A stretch of 64,000 bases of DNA from Adineta vaga (GCA_021613535.1 CP075493.1:3720001-3784000), one strand, 5' to 3'; shown: positions 26,321-40,453, counted from the stretch's first letter. The notes: generated by a model not told the origin, from the sequence alone. Made by a program: numbers and translations.

Positions 26321-28206
26321 TTAAGTTAATGGTCGTCGTTCCCAGACTATTTTCTCTCGTACAAGTGCCAACTGTGTAAATGTTCTATTAATACGATCTT
26401 CTATTGGTGTTAGATAAAGATCGAACCATTCTTCAATAACATCTCTCGTATAAAGATCATTTAAATGATTATTAATTGTTTGTTTACTATTCGTTAGATC
26501 TTTGGAGAGAATCTTTAATTCATTTAAACGTGATTGAAGTTCAACACGACGTACAAATAAATGTTTTCGATTATATTCCGGTACTATTGTATCAAGAAGT
26601 TTTAAATGATGTTCAATCTTTGATAAAAGTATTCTTAATAACGAAATACTTGTCCAAATCGATGTACCTATAATAAAACAAGGATGTTTTTTTTCGAATT
26701 GATTGTCTTTTACTATTTGAATTCTCCTTACCAGGCAAATAGTCACATAATTGTGTATCTTTACCAATTGATTTCAATAAAACATCACAACTACGTATGG
26801 AATCACTTGTAAGATATTCATCAGTATTTAAAACATGTAAACTATACAAAAGTGATGGATAAGATGTAGGTAAAATATCACATAGAGGCATAAAATGATC
26901 AAATCTTGACCATCCAGTTAGTATGATACCAGAAAATGAATTCTGTCGAAAAGTTGATGATTCAATAAAATGAAGCCATTGTCGATTATTTGAAACATGA
27001 TGTTTGGTATTGGTTGTAATAGAAAAACGATGAAGACCACCTTTAAATGCACTTGCAGCCCATATTGTTTTGAAATATTTCGGATAAACTCTCCAACCAA
27101 CTAATGTTTTGTAATAATCATCAAATGTTGGAAAATAATTCCATGAAACAGGTTCAATAAGACCTTCAATTTGTTTAAGCTAAAAAATGAAATTAAAATT
27201 TCTTTTTTTCAACAATATATCTTACTAATTTACGATTACGAACAAACTCATCTGCACGAAGTATATCATCCCAAATAAGTATTCGAATACCAGGTCGAAT
27301 TTTTCGTACAATATCAACAATACGTCGTATGTGTCTTAAAAACGAAACATTATGTAATCAAAAGAGATTATCTGTTATTTACTGAATATATGTTTCGGAT
27401 GTAGTCATTCCTTTTCCTTCACAAAACGGATTTGTATTCGTTAACATGACTTCATCACAACCAATATGAATGATATTACTATTCGGATGCAAATCAAGTG
27501 TTTGTTGTAAGAGATCTAAAGTAATTCATAAGTTCGTTTGACTTTTTTCTAAGAAAACAAATCACCTTCAAGTAAAACATAAGTCTTATTAATGCAAGGT
27601 GAAATAACTGTTGGAAGTTTTGGATCATCTCGATAGGTTTGAAATTCATCTAATTTAAGTATCCATTCTAAATGACCAAATGTTTGAATAAGTGGAATTA
27701 TTTCTATTCCATGTTTTTTCGCTGATTCTTCGATTAATTTTATATTCGATTTCGTATAACTAAGACGATGTGTAATCTTTTTGAAAAAATAGAATACTTC
27801 TTTTCTTTTCTTCCTTTATTTTCATATACAAAATTCTACTTACATTTGCTAGATTACCATCTAATGGAAGTGTATCTTCATATTCAATAACAACACCTTT
27901 AATACCCATTTGTATTTTTTCCAAAAAAATAAAAAATGATTCAAAAAATTTGTCAGCTTTCGGTGGAGCACCTTTCAAATCTAGATGAATATATTTGGCT
28001 AATTCTGGTCGACCATTAACATCCTTTTTGATTCGTGGTAAATATAGATTATCAGGTTCATGATTGTCTAATGATGTTTTACTATTCGCTAATACAATCC
28101 ATCGTAAACAAATTGTTAGAAGAAATATTAAAAATGAAACGAATGTTAACAATCGAATTGTACGATATAAATTTGGAGTATTTCTTTGAAGAGTTAAAGA
28201 TGACAT
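26321..28206 (-). CDS. HEXD: Hexosaminidase D-like (GH20) with N-terminal membrane anchor
   Basis: IHLDLKGAPP, GVVIEYEDTLP, IIPLIQTFGHLEWILK, catalytic IHIGCDEV, LIWDDILR; hydrophobic segment LLTFVSFLIFLLTICLRWIVL near the N-terminus. Confidence 0.92.
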
Positions 28207-28785
28207 GATGAAATATTTCGTATTATCATATTAAATTTGAACGTATACGACAATCAAAAGCAATTGTATATGTCATACTCGATAGAAATAGTATACATTA
28301 CTTTTTCGATTGCATATATTGAAATGTAAGTGCAATGAACCGTATTAAATGCATGGATATTTGCAAGGCATATGACACATTTTTTGAATAACAATCAAGG
28401 TGAAATCAAACGGAAAAGAATTGTTGTTAGTTTAAGAAACATCATCTGTTCTTGGTTTTTATTCATGTTCGTACATAAAGTCATTCAACACATCAGAATC
28501 GAAAGAAGAAGAAGAAGAAGAAAAGAAAAAGACAAAATGAAGGAACAAAAATGAAGACAATGTTTTTCTTTGTTTTGTTTTTTGAAAATAGATGAGTAAC
28601 TTTACAGACAATCATTTAGCTTATATATATGATGTTGTTTGTGATAATAACATACAGATTGAAGATAGGAGCAGCAAAAAAGAAAGGGAAGAGAAAGTAG
28701 AATATATAGACATACAAGAACACCATCCTAAAAGTTGAAAGAATGTTCGTAATGCAATATGATTCGAACAAGATAGATCAATTTC

Positions 28786-29615
28786 CTAAGTTTCACGGGC
28801 GTATTTTTCCGTCCAATCACGTGCTAAACAAAATGAAATAAAATTAGATTTCAATATCAATGAAAAAATGATCGTTTCCGTTTTCCGAAGAAATTCTCTT
28901 TTGATGAGATCATTAAAAAAAAGGGCACACTTTTCTAGGTACTCTGGTTTATCTGATCAATGTTCTTGAGGAGAATCTTTCCAACAAGTAAGTCTAAAAA
29001 ATGCATTTTCATAGGATAATTTACCTATTGCTTTTGCTCCTTTTTCATCTGCTTTCCATTTTTCAGCTACATCAGCATCTAAGAAATCATCCGGATTTGG
29101 TGCACTCAATAGAGCTTGAATTGAAAGAAGAACAGTACGAATTTGTAAAGCTGGACTCCATTTTTCTATAAAAACAAACAAATGAAATCGAGATCCAAAA
29201 AATGTCTCATTTTACCTTTAAGAATATCTAAACAAATACGACCTAACTTGTCAATATTTGGATGATAAAGTTTCGTCATAAATCGAACTTTTGGTGGTGC
29301 CATTGGATATTCATCTGGTAGAAATAATTCGACTTTAAATTTACCACCTTCATATGGACTCTACATAGAATTGAATTATACAAATAAAAACATTTACTTT
29401 TCAATTTATAAAATACCTCACTAGGTCCATCGATAACAACTTTAAAATAGCGTGCATTATTTTCATCTGGTGATGCTGATATACCCGGTACTGGTTCTTG
29501 TAGTAATCGAGCACTTTCCTACAAGAAAAGACTTTTATATTTAATTGAACAATAATAAATTATTTGTAAAATTTACCTTTACAATACGTTTTGTCAATGC
29601 TCCATTGTCATTCAT
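28786..29615 (-). CDS. UBE2N: Ubiquitin-conjugating enzyme E2 N (Ubc13), 5 exons
   Basis: [13 protein letters not shown]|[18 protein letters not shown]..|..[38 protein letters not shown]|[29 protein letters not shown]..|[12 protein letters not shown]. The active-site Cys and HPN motif are present. Confidence 0.95.
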
Positions 29616-30441
29616 TCTTGTTTAATTTGAATTGAAAAAAATAGTTTTCTCAATCTAAAGAAAGACATAAGGTTAGTTTGAAGAAAGATTCTTTTGTCAT
29701 TCGATGAAAGAACAAATTTCAATAGATTACAAGTTAAAGACATTTGTTGTTCGTTGTTTATTTTGTTTTGCTCGTAAGAGAACAGAAAATTAAGCGACAT
29801 CTGTAATCATACTATGAAAAATTCTTTCCAAAATATATGAGAAAATATTGAATATAATCCATTATTTTTATTAATCTTCTCAATGATATTGGAATAGACG
29901 AAAAATCTCTGATCTACTTGTCATAGGTAAAATATGGATTGACAAAGACTAGTACAATACAATGAAATTAAATTATATATGTTATGTAGATCACAGTTGG
30001 AGTAAAGAAACCCAATGGAAAGCTATTTTATTTGTACTTAAATGAAGAGCTTGATTCGTAGTTCATAAACGATTACAAGTGAAATGATTTGAACGAGAAA
30101 GATATATCTTTAATTTTGAAATTCGAATCTATAATTGTATGTTTTGTTTCCAAACTATCAATATATTTCACCCATCATTACGTTTACCATTGCCTAAATA
30201 ACATAAACAAGAATCTTTCCTTCATTTTCTTGTCTTCACAACAGTAAAAAAACCAGTCATAATTTCATACTTATTAACATTTTTCAATCAATACTAGTGA
30301 CACCTGAAAATAGTATTCGATTGGCTATTGTATTCCACCAGCTGTTACTTCAATATTTAAAAACCGACATTTATTTCTGCTCATGTTCAATAGATATTTT
30401 CAAATAAGAATTACGTGATAACCTTGAAAAACTATTTTGGA

Positions 30442-33400
30442 ATGGAAATCAACGAATCTTCGAGTGATGCTCGTATAGTTGGTTTGGAAGCTCAAATTCT
30501 CAATTCTCAAGAAGTAATTGTTCGTCTTAATCGTGAATTAGATAGTGCATTACTTCGAATAACTACACTTGAAAATGTTTGTTCTGATAATCAAAATGAT
30601 TTACATGAAAAACGTTCTCGTATTCAACAATTAAATGATGAACTTATTGAACAAGAAGAACTTACTGATCATTTACGAAATGAAATTCAAACGAAAGAAT
30701 CTCAAATAACATTCGATCGAGAATTACGTGAATTGATTCAATATGAACTCAATGATACTAATGAGAATATTGTCTCTGAATCTCCACAATTTATTCTTGA
30801 TCAATATCATCATCATCAACGTTCGAAATTTTATGAACTTCTTCAACAAAGTTTAATTACAGAAGATATTTCCAATCTAATCGATTCAGATGATATTCTC
30901 TTTGAATTATTAATACATTTGAATAGTCTTAATCGTTTAAAAGAAACACTTTCACGTGATAGTAAACAACTGCAACATATTCGAACATTACTTCATTTAA
31001 CTAATGATAATGATGATGAATTAATCAAAGATTTCATAACAAAGAAAGAATGTATTGAATATATACGAACAAAAGTTGATAATCATCATGAAATGACCGA
31101 TTTGGAATTGATTAAATATGTTCTACATGATTATTTTAATTATCAAGAACAAAAAATCGATTTAAACGACACAATACATGTTCGTAGGTTTTTTTTGAAT
31201 TTCATCTATTAAATCTTTCGCTTTTCTTTTCTTCATTATTGAAGATGAACACAGATTTAATGAAACATCTTAATGAACTGATTCAAGAATTTTCTCAACA
31301 AACAATTACTTCGAATACCAACGAAGGTGACTAGAATATATAACGCGAGAGAGAAAAAAAGAACAAATTTTATTCTATTCTTTTTCAGTATCGACATTGG
31401 ATCATCTTCGATTAATACTTCAATCAAATTTTGATTTTCAACAAACACTTCTATCAGAAATCTCAGTCACATCTATCGAAGATATTCTTCCACGTATACA
31501 TGAATATAAATCAATGTCTGAGAAACATTCGAATCAAGAAGATTTGATAAAAGAAATCGATGAATTAAAACAACAAGTAAATCAAACAAAGGAACAATTA
31601 AGCGTATTAACTAATCTTTTGGAACTTGATAGTACTAATGGTATGTTTAATTCTCAAGATTTCGTAATGTATTGATCATCTCGAAAATCATATTTAGAAA
31701 TTGTACAAATCAATATGATTCATTCATATCTTCAATCATGTATTGATTTTCGTGAGAATCTTTCAAAGAAATTATCTTCTACGAATGATCTCGAATCAAT
31801 TTTACAACGTATTGATGATTATCAACGAATTATTACTTATCTCAATTCCAATGATAATCATTGGACAAATGAAACAACTGATAAATTAATAATGAAATTA
31901 CAAATGATGGTATAAGAAATCGATTAAACAATTTTTGAAATTTTTTGTTTTCTTCTTATATGTTATATAGGAAACTTCAATTAAAACTAATGAAGATCTT
32001 CAAATACGTTTAGATGAAGCTATTGATAATGAAAAACAACTACAGGCAGATATTGAAGAAATTGCTGATGAATTTTCACCGCAAATCTCCGATAATCGAA
32101 GTAAATTTCGAATTTGTTTTTTTCTATTTGAAAATCAAAGTCTCCTTTTCTTAGAATCGAATTTAACACGTATTCATGAAACTTTACAATCTCTAATAAA
32201 TTTTCGTCAAGAACTTTTCGATACAACACAAATGAAAACAGATAAAGATATTCTACAATTATTTTCCAAATATTCTGAAAAACAAGGTAAAATTATTCTT
32301 TTTCCTTATTATGTTATATTGAATTCGTTTGAGTAGATAATCATGAAATGGATCTTCAAACTCAAATCAATGAATTGAAATTAAATGAAGAAAAACTTCG
32401 ACATTTATTAAATGTTGAAGATGAAGATCTGGTGGAGTCTGTAATGAAATTAAACACAAATTTTCTTCAATTAAAAGAAGAACATGAATCACTTGTTACT
32501 AGTAAGATATCGATCGATGAGAAATATGTAATCTGATATTGATATCTTTTTTAAGAAGAAGAAATGATTGACCAAAGTATTAAACGATTGATAAATAAAT
32601 TTGGTTTATCTTCTGGTAATATATGATTTCTTTGTTTTTGTTGAGATTTTCGACATTTTTTTTATAGAAGATTCATCGATATCAACACAAATTGATGAAA
32701 TTGATGAAATATTCGATCGATTCCGATTGGAATACTGTCAATTAACATCGATGAGTCTTGAAATAATGAATTTAATTGAAATCTTTAAACATATTCGAAT
32801 TGTTACCGAAGAAAATAGTCAAATCAAAGAATTAATTCATCAAATTGACTCAGAACAAGTAAAAAAACATTTATTTGTCAAATGAATGATTATTCATTGG
32901 TTTCCTCCTCTCTTTAGTCACTAGAGAATTTCAACACAATTTCGAAATTACAAATCTACTTAATAAAAGTCGATAGTTTATGTCAATTGATCGATAATGA
33001 CAAAATTTCTATTGATCAAGCCATTGCATTATATCAAGAACGAACTCAACATGATAAACATATCATTGAAAAAAGTAATTACCTCCTTAGATCTGGTACA
33101 CTAAATGTCTTCTAAGACATAATTCGAATGAGAGAAACGAATTTTTATCTATTATAGTTTCTGATTTCAAACAACAACTTTTGAATCGACTTGCAATTGA
33201 TAATGAAGAACATATTTTTGATCGTCTCAATGAATTGTATCAAATGAATACCGATTTACAAAGTATTTCTGCATAAATTTATTTCCCGTGTAATTCATAT
33301 CGATTATTTCTTTAGATAAATTACAAACTATCAATGATTCTAGTAGTACAATAGCTTCATTAAATAAGACAATCAGTGAACATGAAGAAACATCAGAAAA

Positions 33401-34931
33401 ACTTCGAGCACAACGTGAACGAATGTTGAATAAGATGAAAGAAATGAAAACGAATAATGAATCCTTAACTGATCAAGTACGATCATGTTTTTCTCTAGAG
33501 TCTTATTTCATTATTCTTGTAGTTAAAACAAGCTAATCTATCTCTTACTGAACAACATCGAATTGAAATTGATTACAAAAATCAAATTGAACAACTTGAA
33601 CAACAAATTCGTCATGTAAATAATCAACTTCAAGTGACATCCGATGAATGTCAAACACAACAAGATCTACAAGAAACAATGAAATTAGAAATAACATCAA
33701 TTCAAGTATATTTTTTCCTATGTTCAATTTAAACTTTATTAATATTTCTTTTTTGTCTTTTCAAGCAAGAAAATGAAACTCAACGAAAATTATATGAATC
33801 ACGTTGTCGACAAATAATTCATGAAAAAAATCAATTAGATAAAAGTAAAAAAGAATTAATTGAACAAAAACATTCACTTGAAGATGAAAATAAACGTTTA
33901 CAAACAATTTTACATACAATTCAAAGTTTGATGATGTTCAATGTTAATCTCTAATTTTTATCTAAGAAATATTTAGATACATTGGAAAATGTTGATGATA
34001 TCAATGGTATAACAGATGCTATTTTACAACTTCGTCAAGATCAAATGATAATAACTAGTAAACTTCATGAAAAACATGAACAATTGAATAAAGAAAATGA
34101 AAAGCTATTGTTAAATATTCAACAAAAACAAATTGTTTTGAATGAATGTAATCAAACGAAAAATCAATTAGAAAAACGTTTAATAGATGATGAACAACAG
34201 TTAAGAAATTTTAAACAAGAAATCAACGAAAAAAACGAACAATATCAACAATTACAGAATGAATTTCAATCTTATAAAGAAGAAATTTCTTTTGAAAAAA
34301 GTAATGTTTATATTTAGGAAATGATATTTTCTTTGACTATTTAACTTATTTATAGAATCATCTGTGGCAATTATCGATATTGAACAATCTCCACCACCAC
34401 AATCATTACCTATCCAGCAAACAGCTTCATTGAATAATTGGTGAGTTGAATACTGAATTCAGTCTTATCAAGTTTGTGTTGTTTCGATGACAAAATGATT
34501 AATCTTTTCTTTACCTTATCATCTGTGATAAATCGAAGGAAAAATGAGATAATAGAAAACAATAAATTACTATCTTTCTTATGTATTTCTAGGATGTCAA
34601 TTGATATGCAAGAAGACGATATTCCGTTAACTATAACAAACAAACGTAATATTTCTCTTTTCAATTCATTACAAAAAAAGAAGAAGACTAAATCGACATT
34701 TTTCTTTAGATTCTTCCATTAGTAGTACAACAACACTATTGAATATGTTTGGTGAAATGAAAAGGTAGATTGAAAGAATACATTTCTATGATTTATGGAA
34801 TCTTTTTTCTTTTGTCTAGTAAACTTGGCATTACTTTAACTCATCGGCCACGTTCTTCATCAGTATTTTTCTTTTATTTATGCGCCGTCCATTTGTTAAC
34901 AATCTATTTATTATTTTTTCGTCATTGTTAA
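30442..34931 (+). CDS. Long coiled-coil, tail-anchored golgin (golgin-84/CASP/giantin-type transmembrane domain)
   Basis: Many short exons encode heptad-rich E/Q/K/L sequence. The last exon encodes KLGITLTHRPRSSSVFFFYLCAVHLLTIYLLFFRHC*, a C-terminal TMD with the YxxxxH signature of transmembrane golgins. Internal exon boundaries were not all resolved. Confidence 0.75.
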
Positions 34932-35022
34932 TCAATATAATATTGTTTTTCAGTTCATTATTTAATACAATGTTAATAATCTTTCAGAATTCAAACGATC
35001 TTAATATGTATTTTAGATAAAC

Positions 35023-35503
35023 ATGCCACTTGTCTTTCGTGAAGTTACCGGTGATCTATTTAGTGTTGCATCAGATGTTTCACTTGCACATTGTGTTTCC
35101 AAAGATATGAGTATGTCGAAAGGTATTGCAACATTATTTCGTAATAAATTCGGTCAAATCAATGAGCTTAAAAAACAAAGTATGTACAAATATGTCTCGT
35201 TTTTATTTCTTCGATTTGTTTAATATAGATGTACCAGTCGGTGGTTGTGCGTCTATTACATCTGATAGTCGTCATTTATTTTATTTAGTTACGAAAGAAA
35301 AATATTTTCATAAACCAACAATGGCAACATTAGAATCCAGTCTTCGTACAATGAGAGATTTATGTCAGCAGAATAATATTCGTCAATTAGCAATGCCTCG
35401 TATTGGTTGTGGATTGGATAAACTCAATTGGGATCAAGTATCGAAACTTATTCAACGTATATTCGAAGAAGATGATATTGAAATTACTATTTATTCCATT
35501 TAA
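35023..35503 (+). CDS. OARD1: Macrodomain ADP-ribose glycohydrolase OARD1/TARG1, 2 exons
   Basis: GDLF..SLAHCVSKDMSMSKGIA, YLVTKEKYFHKPT (catalytic Lys motif), AMPRIGCGLDKLNW. Confidence 0.93.
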
Positions 35504-37069
35504 AAGACAAATTTCTTTTTTTTTCTGTCATATTTTTTAAAAATTATATATATAGTCGAGACTGATTAATAAGATCAATGTACAATACTAAAAAGCTTTC
35601 TTTTTTGTTTGTTGAATTCCGACCGATGATGAGGTGACTGAAGAAGAAGAAGAAGAAGAAAAGGGAACATAATGTTCATGATTTCATTATCACTCCATGC
35701 TGCCATGTTAGCAGCGGTAACTTGTTCAAAATGTGATAATAGACATATAATAGAAAAAAAGTGAATGTGTGATACATGATGTTCGTTGGATGAAAGGTGC
35801 ATACCACAAGAGAATATTCATCTAGTATACACGTGCATATAGAAATATTGACTCGATCGCGTGATAATAGAAAATTCAAATGACAATTAATTTATTCAAA
35901 AACAAGATGGGACAAATTGAGCTGTGACAAGAAGATTCTCTAATAATAAAATCACAGCAGGACAAAGATCGATTCATTCATTTCTTTTTTCTCCCTTGTT
36001 TAAAATCTTTTTTTTTCTCATATGAAATTAATCTTGTTCAATTTTAATTGAATTAAAATTTAATAATTTTTTCTCGAACTAATTTTAATCATATCTTACT
36101 ACGATATAACGTTATATATATATATATTGGCTTTATTTAATGATACTAGCAATGACTAATCATCTCGATATATTATCATATCAATTAGTTACATGAAAAT
36201 ATATGTAATCTCAACCGTAACCATGCCTATGTTTCTACATAACTATCAGAAAATGCATTGTAATGACAAGATGTCTGATATCCGTTATGACATAAGATGA
36301 TGATCAGTATGATAAAACACAGTCATTATTTGTTTGTCGAAGAAATCTAACAAATTGAGACGATAGAATGATAATTCTTCAAAAACGATAATGAACAATA
36401 TTGTTTGTTGAGTGTGTAAGAAGAAAAATAACGTATATACAATTCAACTTGATTTTTTTCTTCGATGTTCAATTCCGCCTTGATGATGATAGATGAAAGT
36501 AAATCACCGAATAACAAGCTGGTAATGGACTAACGAAAGAATAGAACAACACTTTGATATTCGAAATAAATCTTGTTAATAAATATATATTTGGATGTGT
36601 TAAATCTTCGACAAAAATCAAAAAATTTCAATTGAATAAACTTTAATAGTTTCATTCCTCGTTTCCGAATGTTATTCACACATGATATCGATACATAGGG
36701 ATATTTTTTTTCATTTTTCTATTCATTTTTGTCGTTATGAATGATTCCGACATGAATAAGTGAATGCAATTATCACTTAAAATCAAAGTTTTTAAATGAT
36801 AGCCTGCTGTGCTCGATGTATGATATGGCATTTCTTCTCTTGTTCTCCTTTTCCAGCGTGATTTATTTTTATTCAATAAAATGTATATTTTCCTTTTCTT
36901 CATTTTCTATTGGTTAAGAAGTATCATTGGTCGATTTTTCTCTCTTCTTCTCTTCTCTTCTCTTAAACGAGATATTATTCTTTTTTATTTCAACATCCGT
37001 TCATTATTGTACATCTTTTTCTTTTAGTCGATTAGCACCTGTCGCATAGAAAGCGTGAACAGCAGCACG

Positions 37070-38751
37070 ATGTTAACGCCACTTGCTACAAAAGAAGAAG
37101 ATGAAACTAAAATTTCCTCAGAATACTATTCCACACATTACAGTCCTCAACATCATCATTACTATTATCATCCAATTCCATTCAATGATGATTCAAATAA
37201 TCTTCATCATCCTCAAACTCCTAGTGTTTACGATCCAGCACAATGTTATCCATTATCTCCTGGATATTCTTATCCTCAAACAGCAACAACAGCAGCAGTA
37301 GGAACAGGAACACTACGTATCAATGAAGATGACTCAAATAATCAATTGTCATCAGGAATTTATATGCCTGTTTATCATCATCATCATCACCATCGTCATC
37401 GTTATTCACCTGAAGAACTCTTGTTTTCACAAAAATCTTCTGATCAACAATCACCATCAATGTATGATTACAATTTATCACCAATTTCAACAATACCATC
37501 GAATCAGATGTTTCATCAACAGCCAAATTATATTCAAACACCTGCAGAACAAATAGCCTGTAGTACTAGCAACGTGGGCGATTATTTAACACCTTATGTA
37601 AGTAAAGAGTTCATTTAATTATTTTACCAATCTACTTTTCTCCATCAGACTAAAATATCCTTTATTTACTTTCTCATTTCATTTCAGTCACCTTTAAATG
37701 GAGCTTGTCGATCAGATTCAATTATTGTTGAACTAGTCAATCGACCATTATGGTTACGATTTGCTCCACACACATTGGAAAATATCATAACAAAAAGTAA
37801 CTATCGACAATCACCGAAATATTATTTAATGTAATTCAATTTTGTTTAGCTGGTCGTCGTATGTTTCCAACTCTTGAATTTAAAGTTTATGGATTGAAAC
37901 CTGAAGCAACATATAATATGTATGTGGACATGATTTTAGTTGATGTAAATCATTGGAAATTTAATTCGGGTAAATGGGTACCATCTGGTCAAGCTGAACA
38001 ATGTCAAAAAACAAGTAAAGAATATTTTTGAAAAGAAATTCTTTTTCTATATATAAGAACATTTCTTTTAGATCATGTTTATTTACATCCGGATTCACCA
38101 AATAGTGGTGCACATTGGATGAGAAATGAAAAAATATCTTTTTCAAAATTAAAATTAACAAATAATAAGCAATTACCAACAGGTCATCCACAAAATCAAG
38201 TAAGATAGTTATTTTTAAACAAAAGTCCAATTATTTTTAATTGATTCTACATTTTAGATGACATTGATTCTCAATTCCATGCATAAATACATGCCACGTT
38301 TGAATATTGTTGAAGTAAGTGGTCGATCGTCTGATCCAACTTCATCAAATAAATCAAATTCACCACCAAAACATACATTTACATTTCCTGAAACACAATT
38401 TATTGCCGTTACTGCATATCAAAATACTGATGTAAGTCTTTTTCTATTTATTTTATTATTATTATTATTATTATTTCATCTCTTCTATAGGTTACTCAAC
38501 TTAAAATCGATAATAATCCATTTGCAAAAGGCTTTCGTGACAGTTCCGATAATCGGTAAATTTCATAAATAATTTGTCTTCACAATAAAATATCCATTTC
38601 GTTCTTTTTGTGTTCTAGTAATACTTATCATTCATATTCATATGGTTCTCCGTCACCACCATATGGTTCGGCAAATAGTGGACCATTGGATTATTATGGT
38701 AATACTGTTTATGATCATCAACAAGGATATAAAAAGAAACGACATAATTAA
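37070..38751 (+). CDS. eomes: T-box transcription factor, Tbr1/Eomes subfamily
   Basis: [16 protein letters not shown]|[68 protein letters not shown]|[17 protein letters not shown]. NRPLWLxF, KLKLTNNK and YQNTD point to Eomes/Tbr1. Confidence 0.85.
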
Positions 38752-39237
38752 ACTCTATTTGCATTCCTCATTTTTCCTCCCGTTTGTATGTGTGTGTTTA
38801 TTGATGTCTTTTTTTCTGATTCAATAAAATATTTTCGTCAATCGATATCGTAGATTTTCTTTTCCTCGAAAGAATGAAATAGGATATATGAAGGTTCAAT
38901 TAGAATATTCTTTTACAATTATATAATAAATAATATGTTGTAGAATATGGACTATTGGAAGATACTGCTGATACGATTCTTCAAGATCGAAGTATCGTGT
39001 CATATGATAGAATATAGTCCATCGATATTTTTCTTTCTTTTTCTCTTTCTTTTCTGTACGATTCTAGTTATCCCGTTCCTTGGAACACTCACATATGCGA
39101 GCAGACTGCCTATCCCAAAAGAATTGTGTCCTTGTACATGTGTATGAATCTGACATACGTATATACATACATACATAAGATAGGTCATAGAAGCATAAGG
39201 AAAAAAAAAGATAGAAGGATATATACACATACTCATC

Positions 39238-39782
39238 ATGTTGCCATCAGCTCCACCATTACCTGATTGTTTGATAAATTCTTATTCAATCAATACATCT
39301 ATCAAACCTGAACGAGTGTATAAAAAAGATGATCCCGAGTAAGAAAAATTTTCTTCGTAAATAAAATCTTTTGTATTTTTTATATTATTGATTAGATATG
39401 GTCGACCACTAAAAGGTAGTCGTACAGAACAACGTGGCCTTGCCGCTCAAGCACATATTCAGCAAGAAGTCAAATATCTATGTGAAATTATCAGAAGTAT
39501 GGGTAGACAACTCGATGATTCATCGACATCAATCTATGAAATAACATTTAAACAATTATTTGATGTATGAACTCAAAAAGATTTTCTAATTGCATTAAAA
39601 TAATATTTCCTTTTTTTTCTCATTTACTTTAGTTCTATACAAATATTTCAAATAAACTAGTCGGTATTTTACTTCGAGCTCGTAAACATGGTTACATTCA
39701 TTTTTCCAATGAATACGAAGTTTTATTTCAAGGTAAACATGATCATGTCAAAATTACTCTTCTTCATATGCCATCGATTTAA
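39238..39782 (+). CDS. Short ABRA/STARS-like Costars-domain protein, 3 exons
   Basis: KDDPE|YGRPLKGSRTEQRG..AHIQQEVKYLCEII..ITFKQLFD|FYTNISNKLVGILLRARKHG..EVLFQGKHDHVKITLL matches the C-terminal actin-binding Costars region of ABRA. Confidence 0.88.
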
Positions 39783-40453
39783 AATCATCAAATAAAAAAA
39801 ACTACTGACAAGTCTTAATGTATAAATACTTTTACATTTGTTAAATATATTTTTTTGTTTTTATCTAACTGTCCAAATTTATGAAAGATTAGTGCTGCCA
39901 CATAATGTCAATATTTTCTTTTCGTAGGAAAGAAAAAACGAAACCTAAAGAGATGTCGGAATAAATTTCTACTTTCTCGTCCCTAATAATATTGTTATCG
40001 ATATGATTCAACACTCAATCAAACATTAGTATAACGAAGTTACATGTGCTTATTTTATTTTGCTTCCTACTTTCATCTCCAGAAGAAAAGAATAGCAACC
40101 ATTCTGCTTACATTCGAGGTTTATCGTATATATATATATATATAGAATCCTTCACGACCTTCTAATATTATTCATTTCTTATCTTGACAGTATGAAAGTT
40201 ATTCATTGGTTTTTCGAGTTGAGTATTTCGGATATTTTCTATATCATGAGTATGTGATTTACCCATGATGCAGGATGTGAACAGATGGCTTTATGATACA
40301 ATCTGTTCATTTATGGAAGTACATGTAACTTTTTTCTTTTCTACTTGAATTCATTTTGTTAGTCGTCAAATGCACTTTGACTTATTAAGATTTAACATTA
40401 TTAAATAGTTGAAAAGGTTATGTATAAGAGACTACTTCATTTCTTTGTTTCAG

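Noticed and set aside
28905-29025. bantam-like TGAGATCATT and a possible alternative terminal exon in the last UBE2N intron
   Set aside because: No miRNA-like hairpin or 3' match to bantam. The exon would need a 31-nt intron and would replace the conserved final helix.
34764-35025. Golgin-OARD1 fusion by skipping the TMD exon
   Set aside because: Both candidate acceptors in the gap give an immediate stop or a frame different from OARD1.
40278-40309. TGAACAGAT/ATCTGTTCA inverted repeat
   Set aside because: Only 9 bp with poor extension; expected by chance.
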